This document shows, one piece after another, positions 49,919-63,239 of a DNA stretch of 64,000 nucleotides. The notes under the pieces were generated by a model, which was given only the letters and a program-made list of their open reading frames with translations, did not search any database and had not been told where the DNA came from. Location of the stretch: assembly GCF_028641065.1 (NCBI RefSeq), contig NC_073406.1, positions 5,456,001-5,520,000 of the forward strand. The letters run 5' to 3'. Made by a program: the position numbers and the translations under genes. The stretch comes from Leucoraja erinacea (Eukaryota). How positions within the stretch are numbered: the first letter of the stretch is position 1; the number at the start of each line of letters is the position of its first letter.

Positions 49919-52900
49919 GTTATTTATGAGCGCCTTTCAAGAGTCTCAAGGACACCTTACAAAACTTTACACAGGAATAAGTCACTGAGCTCATTTTGGA
50001 AATGTGGGGATGTGGTAATCAAGGATGCACTTATCCCCGAACAGAACTATTATCTAACAACCAGTATCACTTAACCTGCCAAGAGTGTTACACTGTACTA
50101 ACAACAGTTCAAGAAATTCTTAACTGCAGTAGCATAACAAAGCAGTGAACACAATACCATTAGATAACAATGATATAAATAAAATAATGCAAAAAGACCC
50201 TAGGTTCTAGTGCAACCAAAGGGAGCCGTTGTTCACAGTGGAAGCTAGGTTGTGTGTGTTCAAGAGCCTGATGGTTGTTGGGAAGGTATTCTTGAACCTG
50301 GTTGTCTATTAAATGCCTTGGAACTAAATACTGCTTAATCTAAACAACATTTCCAATTAGATTTGTCAGATGGATCCTCTTGAGAAAACCATATTGACTT
50401 TGCCTATGAATTTCCAAATATCTGCAGCAAGTTTCCTAATAATGAGATACAACAATTTCACAACAAATGATGTCAGGTTAACTGGTCTATAGTTTGCCAT
50501 TTCCTCTTTTTTCTTTGCTTCTTGAATAGTGTTATCGTTGCCAACTTCCAATCCGCTGTGACCTGACCATGAAAGGTATTAACAAATGAAAATTGCCCAA
50601 AGGCAAAAGGTTAGATAATAAAAACATGTAAATCCTACTGACGTATTGTTCAGCAATCACTCCCATGAATTGACAATTAAGTCAAGAGTTATTTTTAATT
50701 GCCATATGTACCAGCAATGGAACAATTAAATTCTTACATGCAGCAGCTGAATGGGCCTGTCGTCAAAAGGGCCTCTAGCAAATTTACAATAGATTCATAA
50801 ACATCGAAAAAATAACCAGCCAAGCAGTTGCAAATTCACTCTTCACTTCCAGTTTCAATTTTATTACACATTCTGGAAAGCAATATGTGCCCAAAAAAAA
50901 ACACGCTGCAACAAAATTAAATGCCTTCAGGCGACAAGGGAAAAAATACAAATTAAACACAAGAGCAGAAACCATCCCACTCGCACGTTATATTTCATCC
51001 AGTCCGTTTTTCTACCAATCTAGCTTGCTATAAAAGTGAAGTAAAATAAAAGCATTCCTAATCAAAAATTGACCTGGAGGGTTGGTGTCCAGAATTGCAT
51101 CACAGACACTAATCTTCAGAATCGAAGCTCGAAGGAGTTGCTCAACGCGGGACAGCAGCGAGTCAGAACTACAAAACAACAAAAAGATTTAACTCACACT
51201 GAGAAATCCAAACAAAAACAACGTTTGAGCATGCAAATGTAATTCCGTATTTTCCCTTTTAAACCACTTCCTCTAAAAGCACAAGCTCTTCACGAGTTAT
51301 GCACAGCAGATATTTGTGTCAGTATGAAACTCAATTGCATTTGCGGGATGCTTATTTATTCAGTCATGGGAATTGGACATCACTGGCAATGCCTGTATTT
51401 ATTATTCATCTCTAATTGCCCCTGAAATTAGGAGGTAGGCGAGTCTCGCATGGAAGGGCCACAATAAACTACTTATACCGGAATCTTGAGCAAAACACAA
51501 AAGTGCTGGAAAAACTCAGCAGGTCAGGCTAAATCTCTGGAGGGAATGGACAGACAATGTTTCGAGTCAGGACCTTTCTTCAGACTCGGAACCGTAAACC
51601 AAAATTGCCTGCTTTTTCTCTCCAGAGATCTTCCAACACTTTGTGTGTCATATAGAGGATCAGAATATAACGGTAGAGAGCTCTTTCCACAATTGCATAT
51701 GGCACTAGTTTTCAAGCCTCAAATGCCAAAAACGAACACTACACCATTCCCATCCTCTCCATAAAATGCAACTGCAGACTCAAATCATGGTATTACATGC
51801 ATATTGCCCAAGATACTCTACGAGGGAGATTGTTATATTACCCTAAACTGCAGTTTATCAAATTTCTCCAAAGTAAAATCTACAACGGGCAGCACGGTGG
51901 CGCAGAGGTAGAGTTGCTGCCTTATAGCATTAACAGTGCCAGAGACCCAGGTTCGATCCTGACTACAGATGCTGTCTGTACGGAGGTTGCACTTCTCCCC
52001 ATGACCGCGTTGGTTTTCTCCGAGATCTTCCATTTCCTCCCACACTCCAATGTAGTACAGATTTGTAGGTTAATTGGCATGGTATAAATGTATATTATCC
52101 CTAGTGTGTGCAGGTAGTGTTTTTGTGCGTGGATCACTGGTGGGACCAAAGGGCCCGTTTCCATGTTGTATCTCTAAAACTAAAGAAAACTAAAACATGT
52201 CTGACACAGATACAGAAATATATTGCACAGAAATATTGTGCAATTCTTCACAAATCTTGTGATACAAGCCACATTATGCTTATGACACAACTCCAATCAC
52301 ATTACGTTCTGGCTCTAGTGTTGACAATTGAACCATTTCACTGTGATCTAATTGTTTAGTCCCAATGGATTTGTTGATTGGATTGAGGTAGAAGCATGTT
52401 AATGGTTGTGATACATAAAATCTGATCAACATCCGAACCAAACAATTATAGAGAATGTTCTATTTATAACATAAATGACTCAGCATATGGGGAGCAGCAT
52501 CTTGATATACTGCAACAAAGTTCAGATTGGAAATAATAGTTCAGTCGCATCGAGGTACCAGAATAGAGAAATTCTCTCACCTGACGGACAGCAAAGGGGG
52601 CTGCGATATCTCAAAGACAAAGCGCTCCACAGGATGATGTTCTTTATCCAGGATCACCACCACTACCCGATCCACCTCATTCTAGAAACAAGGAAATGGG
52701 TCACAAGCCACATTCCAAAAGATGCTCATTTCAACCAGGCAATGATCTGTGTATTTTTTTTTAAATACACAGATCAGGGGAGGGGACAAGAACACTCCTA
52801 CAAACTTCACTTTTTTCCCATTCCCGAATAAAGATGTGAATGGTGGATCTCGCCGAATTTTTGCTCACCACACAAGGTTGCTTCCAGCCAGTGGTAAATC

Positions 52901-55295
52901 AAGTATTTTAACGAAAGAAATGAAAATCTTACAGCATGAATACAGTCCCTTCAGCCCAACTTGTCCATGCCAATGAAGATGCCCCATCAAACGTAGTCCT
53001 ATTTATCCACATTTGGCCCATATCCCTCTAAAACTTTCCTCTCCAGATACGTCCAAATGTCTTTCAAATTTTTGTTATAGTACCTGCCTCAACTACTTCG
53101 CTGGTTCCATCTACATACCATCTGTCCTCTGTGCGATAAAGAACAATAGATACCCGGACCCAGATAATTAGAACTTGGGAGGTGGCTGGCATTTCCAATG
53201 GCATTGTTTTTTTAATTTATAGAGCAATTTGCAGGTTTAGGTGAAATAAGTTGGATTTGCCATAGTGTACATGTTCATAGTGCACAACAGAGAGAAAACG
53301 GATTGATGAAGTGTAATAGCAGGGTGCTTCGTTAAATGTGTGACTCGGTTTTTCATCACATTAAAATGTTATTGTAATAGCAGCCTTAACAAGGGTGGCA
53401 CAGTGGAGCAGTGGGTGGAGCCACAGCGTCAGGTTTGAACCTGACCTCGGTTGCTGTCAGTGCAGTTTGTACATTCTCTCTGTAAACGCATGGGTTACCG
53501 CTGGGTGCTCTGGTTTCCTCCCACATCCCAAAAATGTACATGCGGTAGGTTAATTGGATTCTGGAAATTGTCCCTTGTGCGCAGGATGCAAAAGTGGGAT
53601 AGTATGGAATGAGTGTGTGGGTGATTAATGGTCGACCTGGACAGTGTGTCAAAAGGCTATTTCCATGCTGTATCTCTAAACTAAATCATGTGACTAGTGT
53701 CTTCTTGGAGGTGAAAACAGTGAGCCATTCAGCACAAGGCTCAATCTTTGTCTCGTTCTTTTATTTTTTGAAGAATCTTAAATACATGAAATGGACAGAA
53801 ACAAGAAAAGAAAATTGTACTGCCGCACAAATGAAAAGTGAGCGATACATTCAAGCACTGACTAGCATCCCAGAGATATCCCGTGCACGTCTTAGTATCT
53901 GCCTTGTATAAGTAGAGATGCACCAGGTGAAGAGGAGTAGAAACTAGAATTCATACAAACAGTTCCACATTATGACAAAAGCAGGCAGTTACATTTTTCC
54001 TCACCTTCTCGATCAAAGGCTTGATACAGTGCAGCGTGTCCTGGATGTACTGATTAAGCTCCGGGTGACACGACATCTACACAACCACAACATTGAAAGG
54101 TTGAAATGGAGACATAAAGAACTGCAGATGCTGGAATATTCAGCAAAACAGAAAGTGCTGGAGGAACTCAGTGGATCAGGCAGCATCTGTGGAGGGAAGG
54201 GACATATGACGTTTTTAAATATTCCAACGGAATTAGGTTTCTCCCCTTCTCTTTTTTATGAAAACGTCATCAGTGCATTCCCTCCACAGATGTTGGCTTG
54301 CTGAGTTCCTAGGGCACTTTAAGTTTTACTCAACGGGTAAATAAAGTTTATTTCAGCAAAATAATGCAATTAACAGTTTTCAAAAGCACAACATTTCTAA
54401 GTAACAGCTTCAGAAGCTGAACAAACTATAGAGTCATACAGTGTGGAAACAGACCCTTCCGCCCAAATTGCCCATGCTGACCAACATGCCCCACCACCAA
54501 CATGGCCCATATCCTCCTAAACATATGTTATCCATGTATGTCCAAATATTTTTTAAATGAATGTTGTTATCATACCTGTCTCAACCACCTGCTCTGGCAG
54601 TTCATCCATATACCTATCGTCCTTTGTGTAATAAAAAGTTGCCCCTCAGGTTCCTATAAATCTCCACCCCCCCCCCCCCCCCCTCCTCATCTTAAATCTT
54701 TTGGTTCTTGCTTCACCTATTCTGGATAAAAGACAGTGTATTTACCCTACATATTCCTCTCATGATCTTATACACTTCTATAAGATCACCCCTCATCCTC
54801 CCATGCACCAAGGAATTTAATTTTCTCACCTGAACAGGTACATTGTACTTCTTCCTCTTCTGAAAGATTCCAATTGGGTACACCTCCCTCACGTACAAAA
54901 TCAAATGAATGGCCACTTCTAGAAACTCACAGAGTACGTCTGCAACCACTGAAAGAAAAAGAAAAGAACGGCATGTTGGATAGAAAATCATTGAGATACA
55001 GTCGCTAGTGTACATATGGGGAAAGGCAGGAAAGAAAACTGGATGATGCAAATTTTGAACCCTGAGGTCTCATCAACTGTTGGCAGGGGAGGGAAACATA
55101 GTCAGTATTTTCACTTTTAAACATCCACATGTTTAAGCACCCCACCCCCCCCCCCCACATATACACAAACTTGCAGAGATAATAGAAAACTAAAAACAAT
55201 TGAAAAGAAAACAAAGTACTATCAACTGCCCTGATTAAATTATCAAATATTGCACCTTGTCCAAAATTGAGGTCCTGTCGTGTTAGAGTGGCCAT
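47671..55295 (-). CDS. MAD2L2: Mitotic spindle assembly checkpoint protein MAD2B / REV7, complete, 8 coding exons
   Basis: Exons 55256-55295, 54830-54948, 54005-54076, 52581-52681, 51074-51168, 49473-49546, 48370-48462, 47671-47712. Translation [70 protein letters not shown]...[10 protein letters not shown]...[26 protein letters not shown]. Confidence 0.97.
48620..49070 (+). mobile_element. CR1-type LINE 3' fragment
   Basis: [63 protein letters not shown]. Confidence 0.88.
49881..49916. repeat. (TAA)n microsatellite
   Basis: About 12 tandem TAA units. Confidence 0.95.
51887..52185 (+). mobile_element. tRNA-derived V-SINE (HE1-like), representative full copy
   Basis: A-box tggcgcagaggtaga, B-box ggttcgatcc, a V-domain-like centre and a CR1-like tail. 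Related copies at approximately 2938-3240(+), 11100-11320(-), 21360-21665(-), 24548-24825(+), 29990-30190(-), 32790-33090(+), 36748-37015(+), 40870-41170(-), 47790-48015(-) and 53393-53685(+). Confidence 0.8.
54425..54815 (-). mobile_element. CR1-type LINE 3' end abutting a MAD2L2 splice donor
   Basis: [15 protein letters not shown] on the minus strand, followed by the CR1 tail. Confidence 0.8.
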
Positions 55296-56389
55296 CTTCA
55301 CAAATACCTAGAGAACAATATTATAAGCAATCAGTAGGGTAATATTTAACAAAATGTTCCATTTCCAACAGAGAGCCACTTGGATTACATAGCACCTTTA
55401 ACATAACAAACACCCAAGGAACCTCAAAGAAGTAATTATCGCAAACAAATGTTAAGGCAGGTCACAAAACTGTTCCTACTGTTGGAGGAACTCGCCAGAT
55501 GTAGCTTGACTCACCGAGTTCATCCAGCAGCTTGTTTTTGCTCACGACTGTAGCATCTGCAGTCTCTTGATTCTGCAGAACCATTCACTTCGACTAAGCA
55601 TTCAAGGAAAATCATAAAAAAGGAAAAAGGAGTGAAAGCTAATTTCATTAGAATGGTCCCAACCTAAATTGTCGCCTGCCCATTCCCTCCACAGATATTG
55701 CCCGATCCAGCACTTTGTGTTTTGCTGAAGATAATCAGTCACATTCCCTTTCAGGGAATATTGGCAAACATTGAGCACTTGTCTGCACTTGTCTGTTGTT
55801 AATGCTGGGTTACTGTTAGGGCCTCTCCAATCCCCAAGTGTACAGATTGATTAATCTGGCGTCAGTCTGGAGTGTTTAATTGTCATGTGTACCAACAACA
55901 GAACAATGAAATTCTTACTTGCATTGGAATAACAGGCCTATAAACACTATACTCATATATAAAATATAATAAACAAAAACCCCCAATAAATCTATAACTT
56001 CAATACTCGGGTAAAGGAGCCCGAGCCTGAATAGTTCATTGTAGAAACAAGGGACTGCAGATGCTCGTTTACAAAAACAGACATGTAACTCAGCAGTACG
56101 TGGAGAGACAGCGTTTCTGTATCTTGACGTACAGATTCAGATTCAGATTCAATTTTAATTGTCATTGTCAGTGTACAGTACAGAGACAACGAAATGCATT
56201 GTACACGTACAAACACCATCACTGGTACATCACCAAGCTTAGACTCGGTCTTGGCCCTGAAACGTCGCCTATGATGATGATCCCCAGAGATGCTGCCAGA
56301 CCCACTCCAGCACGTTTGTCTTTTTTTTGTCCATAGTTCAGTTTGTGTTTTGCAGTTCAAGGGCATAGGGGTCAGTGATGTGAAATTCG

Positions 56390-56740
56390 CCTCCCCTGTC
56401 CCACAGCGCTGATCGCCGCGGTGTTTACCCCGCCTGTCGGCTCGTGTCAGTCACCCGGCCTCGCCCATGGCCAACCGAAGCCGCGGCCGGCGCAACCCCC
56501 TCGCATCCCTCGTCAAGGCCTCGACTCACTGACTGACTGACCGCCCACTCTCCGGCCTCACCTCCTGACTGACTGACCGCCCACTCTCCGGCCTCACCTC
56601 CTGCACACACCAGCAACCGCGCCGCCCGGGCTACGCAATGCGGAGTGACGTCATGGGCATGCGTGCAAGCGGCAGCTCCACTAGCCCCGCCCTGTCTGGC
56701 AGACCCCGCCCCCAGACCCAGTAGTCCCGCCCAGTTCCCT
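56390..56740 (-). promoter_or_regulatory. CpG island, probable MAD2L2 promoter and non-coding first exon
   Basis: GC-rich block with a perfect CRE TGACGTCA (56646-56653), an NRF1-like gcatgcgtgc and several ccccgccc boxes. Candidate minus-strand donors include GTGAGT (56529-56524). The first coding exon has an acceptor just upstream of its ATG (exon starts at 55307), so an upstream exon is required. Confidence 0.75.
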
Positions 56741-56839
56741 CCACTCAAGATAGACACAGTCGTTCCAAGTCAAGTCACATTTATTTATATAGCACATTTA
56801 AAAAACAACTCTCGTTGGCCAAAGTGCTTTACATTTGTT

Positions 56840-57365
56840 AGGTGCGACAGAGGTTCACCTGCATCTCCTCCAACCTCATCTATTGCATCCGCTGCTCTAG
56901 ATGTAAGCTGATCTACATCGGTGAGACCAAGTGCAGGCTTGGCGATCGCTTCGCCCAACACCTCCGCTCAGTCAGCATTAACCAACCTGATCTCCCTGTG
57001 GCTCATCACTTCAACTCCCCCTCCCATTCCGAATCCAACCTTTCTGTCCTGGGCCTCCTCCATGGCCAGAGTGAACACCACCGTAAATTGGAGGAGCAGC
57101 ACCTCATATTCCGCTTGGGCAGTTTGCACCCTAGCGGCATGAACATTGACTTCTCCAATTACTGGTAGCTCTTGCTGTCTCCTCCCCTTCTCAGCTCTTC
57201 CTCAGCCCTCTGGCTCCTCCTCTTCCTTTCTCCTTTCTTCTCCCCGCTCCCTCTCCCCCCACCCTACATCAGTCTGAAGAAGGGTTTCGGCCCGAAATAT
57301 TGCCTTTTTCCTTCGCCCCATAGATGCTGCCGCACCCGTTGAGTTTCTGCAGCACTTTTTTCTGC
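56840..57365 (+). mobile_element. Penelope-like element fragment (GIY-YIG + pseudo-LTR)
   Basis: RQRFTCISSNLIYCIRCSRCKLIYIGETKCRLGDRFAQHL...LEEQHLIFRLGSLHPSGMNIDF, then ctgaagaagggtttcggcccgaaa at 57274. Confidence 0.88.
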
Positions 57366-57669
57366 CATAGACACACAAAATGCTGGAGTAACACAGCGGG
57401 TCAGGCAGCATCTCTGGAGAGAATGAACGGGCGATGTTAGACGGTCGACTGAGACTTCAGACTGAGTTCCCCAGCATTTTATATCGGTGTAAACCAGCAT
57501 CTGCACTCTCCCTGCCCTCACGCGCCGGATCCACTCTCAGATGCGTTGGCCAATTTCTAAACCAACCCCTGTACCAAAGATCCCATAGCGATCTTTGCCC
57601 TGTACTGTAAGAACTGTCAAGTAACAAGAGAGTCAAGTGTGTAATTGTCATTTGTACCAGCAATGAAAC

Positions 57670-58350
57670 AATGAAATATGAGGCGTTGTTCCTCCAATTT
57701 GCACTGGGCCTCAGTCTGACAATGGAGGAGGCACAGGACAGAAAGGTCAAATTGGGAATGGGAGGGGGAGTTAAAGTGCTGAGCAACCGGGAGATCGGGT
57801 AGGTTAAGGCAGACTGAGCAGTGTTCAGCGAAACAATCGTCGAGCCTGCGCTTGGTCTCGCTGATGTACAGAAGTTGACACCTAGAACAGTGGATACAGT
57901 AGATGAGGTTGGAAGAGGTGCAAGTAAACCCCTGTCTCACCTGAAAAGACTGTCAGGGTCCTTGGATGGAGTCTAGGGGGGAGGGAAAGGAACAGGTGTT
58001 GCATATCCTGCGGTTGCAGGGGAAAGTGCCTGGGGAGGGGCTTGTTTGGGTGGGAAGAGACGGGTTGACCAGGGAGTTGCAGAGGGAATGGTCTCAGAAA
58101 GGGGTGGAGATGGGAAGATGTGGCCTGTAGTGGGATCCTGTTGGAGGTCGCAAAAGTGTTGGAGGATTACATGCTGTATGCGACTGCTGATGGGGTGGAA
58201 GGTGAGGACAAGGGGGACTATGTCATTGTTGGGAATGGGGGGAGGGGGAGCAAGAGCAGAGCTGCGGGATATCGAGGAGAGCCTAGTGAGAGCCTCATCT
58301 ATAATGGAAGAGGGGAACCCCCATTTCCTAAAGAATGAGGACATCTCTGA
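57670..58350 (-). mobile_element. Penelope-like element fragment (linker + GIY-YIG)
   Basis: IVPLVLTFHP linker and SNLIYCIHCSRCQLLYISETKRRL, homologous to 39943-40536. Confidence 0.85.
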
Positions 58351-58429
58351 TTTTGCTGAAGAGTAGTTAGTGGTGTTAGTAGTTAGTTCATATATGAAAC
58401 TTTAGTTGATGTTTACAGTGTTTAATAGC

Positions 58430-59300
58430 CTGATGATTGTTGGGAAGAAACTGTTCCTGAATCTGGTCATCACAGTTTTTAGACTTATCTACCTTCTTTC
58501 CTATGGCAATAGTAAAATAAGAGCATGGCGATGATGTGGGTCCTTGATGATGCTGACTGCATTTTTAAGACACCCCCTCCTGTGGATCCGCTACAGTGTC
58601 CACCAGTTTTTGTAATCTCCTTCATTCCTGGGCAATTGAGTCGCCGAACCAGGCTGTGATGCAGCAAGTCAGCATAACTCTCTACCATATACCTGTTGAA
58701 GTTCAAGAGAGTAAAGAAGTAGAGACGTTGATGGGATTTCTTTATGGTCACATCAAAGTGCTGGGTGCAGAAAAGATCTTCAGAGATATACACACCCAGG
58801 AACTTGAAATTGTCAGTAAAATCTGGTTTTACTGATATTGAGGGCAAGTTGTTGTTGCACTATTCAATCAGAAGATCGATCTCCCTCCTATACCCTGACT
58901 CATTGCTCTCTGTAATTCCTCCAACAATGGGGGTGTTGTTGGCAAATTTAAAGATGGAGTTGGAACTGTGTCCGCTAGTCATGGATATAGAGTGAATAGA
59001 GCAGTGGTCTGAACACAGGGTCTATGGGTGCCCCTGAGCTGATGCTCATCAAGGAGGGACTGTTCTTGCCAATTGCTGATTAGGTTCTGCTGATGAGGCA
59101 GTCGAGGATCCAGTTGCAAAGGGATGCACCGAGACACAGTTTCTTGTGCTTGGTAACAAGTTTGAATGGGATGTTGGTGTTGAACGCCAAGTTGTAGTTT
59201 ATGAACAACAGCCTGATGTATGTGTTTTTATTGTCCAAGCAGTCCCATGCAGAGTGGAAAGCCAGAAAGATCGCATCCCCATTGATCTATTGTGATGGTT
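58430..59300 (-). mobile_element. Rex1/Babar-like LINE 3' fragment
   Basis: FKFLGVYISEDL...IKKSHQRLYF on the minus strand, with RT remnants at ~59020-59230. Confidence 0.65.
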
Positions 59301-60739
59301 GGCAATTTGTAGAACAGGGGAGCAAATGGAAGAATTTTATAATGTTAACGTTTTTATTTGTGAAGGATACTGAAAGGCATAAGGTTCTCATTTTGTAAGT
59401 TCAAAAAGGAATTCAGAAACATGTTCTTTACCAAACTGGTTGGAATGAAACCCCCCTTGAGCAAGCTGATGTGCTTTATACAGATGAATTTCAGAGGAAG
59501 CTTGACTGTTAAAAGCATAACTGAATAGAAGTGTATACTGATAGAGTAAATTGAAATGTGATAGAATGGGGACTTTCTAAACCCTATTGCTCAGTACAGA
59601 TAAATTAAGTCCGATGGCCTGTTTTAGAGCAGGATAGTCACAGTGATTACTTTTAGTAGTAAAAAACAAAATTAAAACTCCCAGTCTGCATTCCCTCCCT
59701 CTCCGATGCCACTTAAGTGCCCAGACACTTAAATGTTCAGGGAAAAGTGCTGTCCAGCCAGTGACTTCTGCGTTGCTTTCGTTTATTTGTTCTCTATTAT
59801 TATTTGCCACCCATAAAATAAAGCAGGTATCTCCATCATCAGCTAGCAGGTAAGTTTAATTTAATCACATTTTCTTGTCGTTTATTTCGGTTTAAATAAC
59901 CTCCGTTTTTTCCTACCAAGCAATTTTCCTATAATCGCATTTACCTGCTTAGTTTGAATTTTAGGAATGTGCTTCTCTGTCGAGCACTCCAGATAACCAA
60001 GTTCCACCGCTGTTGAACGCTTCAACAGCCAAAGCCTATATTGCATTTGTCCACTCGCATTATGGTCATATATGTGTGTCAGGCCCATTCAGATTAATTG
60101 TTTCAGTTTGTAGAAGGGTTCCGACCCGAAACGTCACCCGTCTTTTTTTCTCCAGAGAGGCTGCCTGAGCCGCTCAGCTACTCTAGCACTTGTGTCTATC
60201 TTCGGTATAAACCAGCATCTGCAGTTCCTTCCTACACCTGTTTATGAATCATGGGTCTACAGTACAACTGCTGTGACTGTACGTCCTCGTTTATATTCGT
60301 TTTCCCGAATGAAACCATTAATCTTTGAGATCTCTTTTACCAGTTAGCATTTATTCTGAATCGGGTACCTAGTCTCTAAAATCTCTTTGTTCATCGGTCC
60401 TCATTCCTTCTTTAAATTTGTCTCCCACGTTTAGGCGCTACCTCTGTGCGATGCGTCTCAGCTAGTTGGTCCATTCTCATCTAACGGCTGATGTATAATG
60501 TCAGCCGCTTCCAACTTCTCTCCGAAGATATTTCTTGGTTTTATTTTTCTATTTCCAAAATATTTTAGACATCTGAGTTGATTCACCGTTACCTGGGCGA
60601 CCACATAACGGTTCTACGTGCCCCGACCAGTTTCTCATCCAAAACACCAGGATCCCTTCAACTGCAGTGTCTCACGTGTTAACCAACCCCTTCATCTCTC
60701 TCCATTCACCTTCACAGCAAGGTTCAGACAGCGAACCTC

Positions 60740-61030
60740 TTGCTTGGACATGATCTCCGCGCCTCTGTTCGTATCTTCATTTGTGTTTATCTTGTTGCAT
60801 TTCTTCCTTCCTTCAGTTTGTGCCCGCCCCTGTCTATCGCTGACATCATCGTCGGGAGCGCGCCCGCGGAGCGCGCATCTTCATTCCTCTCCCAGCCTCT
60901 GAGATACTGGATCTTCGCTTCTATCGGGTTGCCGGAGCGGCCGCTCTCCGCGTCCCGTTTCCGGGTAATAGGCAGGTAGGCAAATGTTTCGGCCAGCCAC
61001 TGGTATATCTAGTCCCGAACGACGCGTATT
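60740..61030 (+). promoter_or_regulatory. CpG-rich block, probable DRAXIN promoter / 5' non-coding exon
   Basis: Local CpG enrichment and a candidate donor cag|gtagg at 60975/60976. The DRAXIN ATG exon begins with an acceptor, so an upstream exon is needed. Confidence 0.5.
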
Positions 61031-63239
61031 TATGTTATACGGATCGAAGATTGTGGCACCTGCAACTCAACTGTCAATGGGTATTTGACGATTTTCAGAA
61101 TGTTTTGTAAAGGCTACACAAAAGCAACGTGTTTGTGTGTGTGTGTGTGTTCCTCTGTCTATCAGAGTATGTCTATCAGTGAGTATACGCCTGTCAGTGT
61201 ATGTAACCAATCACGAAGGTGGTGGATTTATGTATAAATTGTTTCCTTCCAAACTAAAAAAAATGAGTCAAAGGTGTGTTTGGATGGCAAGCATTGAACA
61301 TGAAAACTACCTTGTTAAATGGATGCATTTGATCGCCGGTAGTTTGTTTGCATCGAGAATGGTTCTCTTAAGTGCGAGGAGTTGTGTGGGGGCAGAAGTT
61401 CGTACGTTGCATGAACCCTTGATATTGGTATTGTGCGTGCGCCAGACGACAGGACTCCGGCAAAGCTTTGAACATTTGTCCAGACGCGGGAGAGATACCA
61501 AGGGCAGCGTAATTGGGAACGCCGCTTTGTGCAGCTTGAGCAAAAATAGCACAAAGTGTTGGAGGAACTCAGCGGGCAAGGCAGCATCTGTGGAGGGAGT
61601 GGATAAACAACGGTTCAGGTCGGGACCCTTCTGCAGATTGATTGGGGTAGGAAAGAGGAAGCTTTGTGAATCTGACACCGAGCCCATTCATGATTGTTTG
61701 TGGGCTAGTTTAAGGCAGAAAGAAGCTCAGTCGCCGATGGTGGAGATGATGATGGAGAGCTAGAATTTTCAGACAGCGGGTTGTTGTGTGGGGTACAATA
61801 GAAGATGCTGTAAACATAATCCTGGAGCTGGAAGTGATGTTTGGTCCTGGAGCAGATGGGAGGTGAGGGAGATTCCCCCGAGAGCAGCTGATAATTAATA
61901 TTAACCCTGGTGGAATACCAGTTACAAAATTGAGATGTTAAGTACAAATACATTTCAGAAAATGGCTCTCCTTTCCGACTACTATTTTTCTCGGCAATTT
62001 TAATAGCTACTGCTTAATTTTGATTTCAAAACGATCGTGTGGTGTTGTATTGTGATTGTGTGTCATGGTTTGTAAAGCCTAATCTTGTGGTTCATCAATC
62101 ACATTGATCTTTTCCTCTAAATTCCCCCCACCCCCTTCCACAGTTCCACAGTTCCATCCATACATGCATTAGCTCAGTGCCATATGTCCCATAGTAGGAT
62201 CACTACCGACATAAACCCTACCCTCGTCTAATGCACAGCAGCTACTTGTGCATCTGGTTGGAAGCACTCAATGTTATCCAGGACAAGATGTCAATGAGTT
62301 CTCTCTCCCTAAATCTCAGTGTAGAAATATTTGTAAACAAGAGTGAAACTTTCTTTATATGATCCCATATGGTATGTAGAAATGCACGTCTGATTCTCCT
62401 CTACTCATTGCGGACATTGGACATTGTATCTGCAACTTGTGCTACAATGCTGAGAACTGCAGGATATTCTGCACTGGGTATGCTCCCTTCATTGATCTTT
62501 TCACTGCACTTGATTTTGGTTTTATTGTATTTATGTATAAATGTATAATGGAAAGCATTCTAAACAGAGCTTTTCACCGTACCTCAACGCACATGACAAT
62601 AATAAACCTAATGGTTGATAATTATTTTGGGAGGAAATCACTCCAATTATGTTGCGATGGGGGGATGCCCTTTGATGTGCGCATTGTAAGAGCTGAGCTC
62701 TGGATTTAGTTGGTCAGTTTGTCTCCTTTTTTCCCTTGAAGGCACCATCTGTTACAGGGGAATGGGTCCAGTGGGTATTATTGCATTAGACCAGAGTTAA
62801 ATTTCCCCCCACTTTGTTACCTAGGGACATGAAGATAAATTGAACTGCTCCCATAATCATTCTAATTATATCAGCTGGAACTAACAAGCATTTGAATTCC
62901 AAACCCCTACCAGCAGCTGAGTTATAATACAGAGTCTTTAGCATCTAAGCCATTGGAGATGTTTGCACTGTCTTTACACACTCTGAAGCTGAAAAGTGGT
63001 AAGCGTGATTAATCTGTGCCTAAATGGTGTGCAAACCATGCACCATAGGAAGTATACTGTAGACACAAGGATTTGCAGTGACTGATTGACAAAAAAAAAG
63101 ACACAAGGAACAGAAGTAACTCAGCGGATTATTTCTGGAGAACATGGATAGGCGACATTTTGGAAGAGAGGTGGGTCGGGACAAATCCTGGCAAGTGATA
63201 GATGGATACAGGTGAGGGGGGTTTAGAAAGCAAACTGTC

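Noticed and set aside
51887-51965. tRNA gene suggested by A and B boxes
   Set aside because: There is no complete cloverleaf. It continues into SINE body and tail and recurs as degenerate copies, so it is a SINE head.
61137-61763. 208-aa ORF, the longest in the ORF track
   Set aside because: It starts in a GT microsatellite without ATG, runs through a pseudo-LTR copy and shows no recognisable domain. It lies in the probable DRAXIN first intron.
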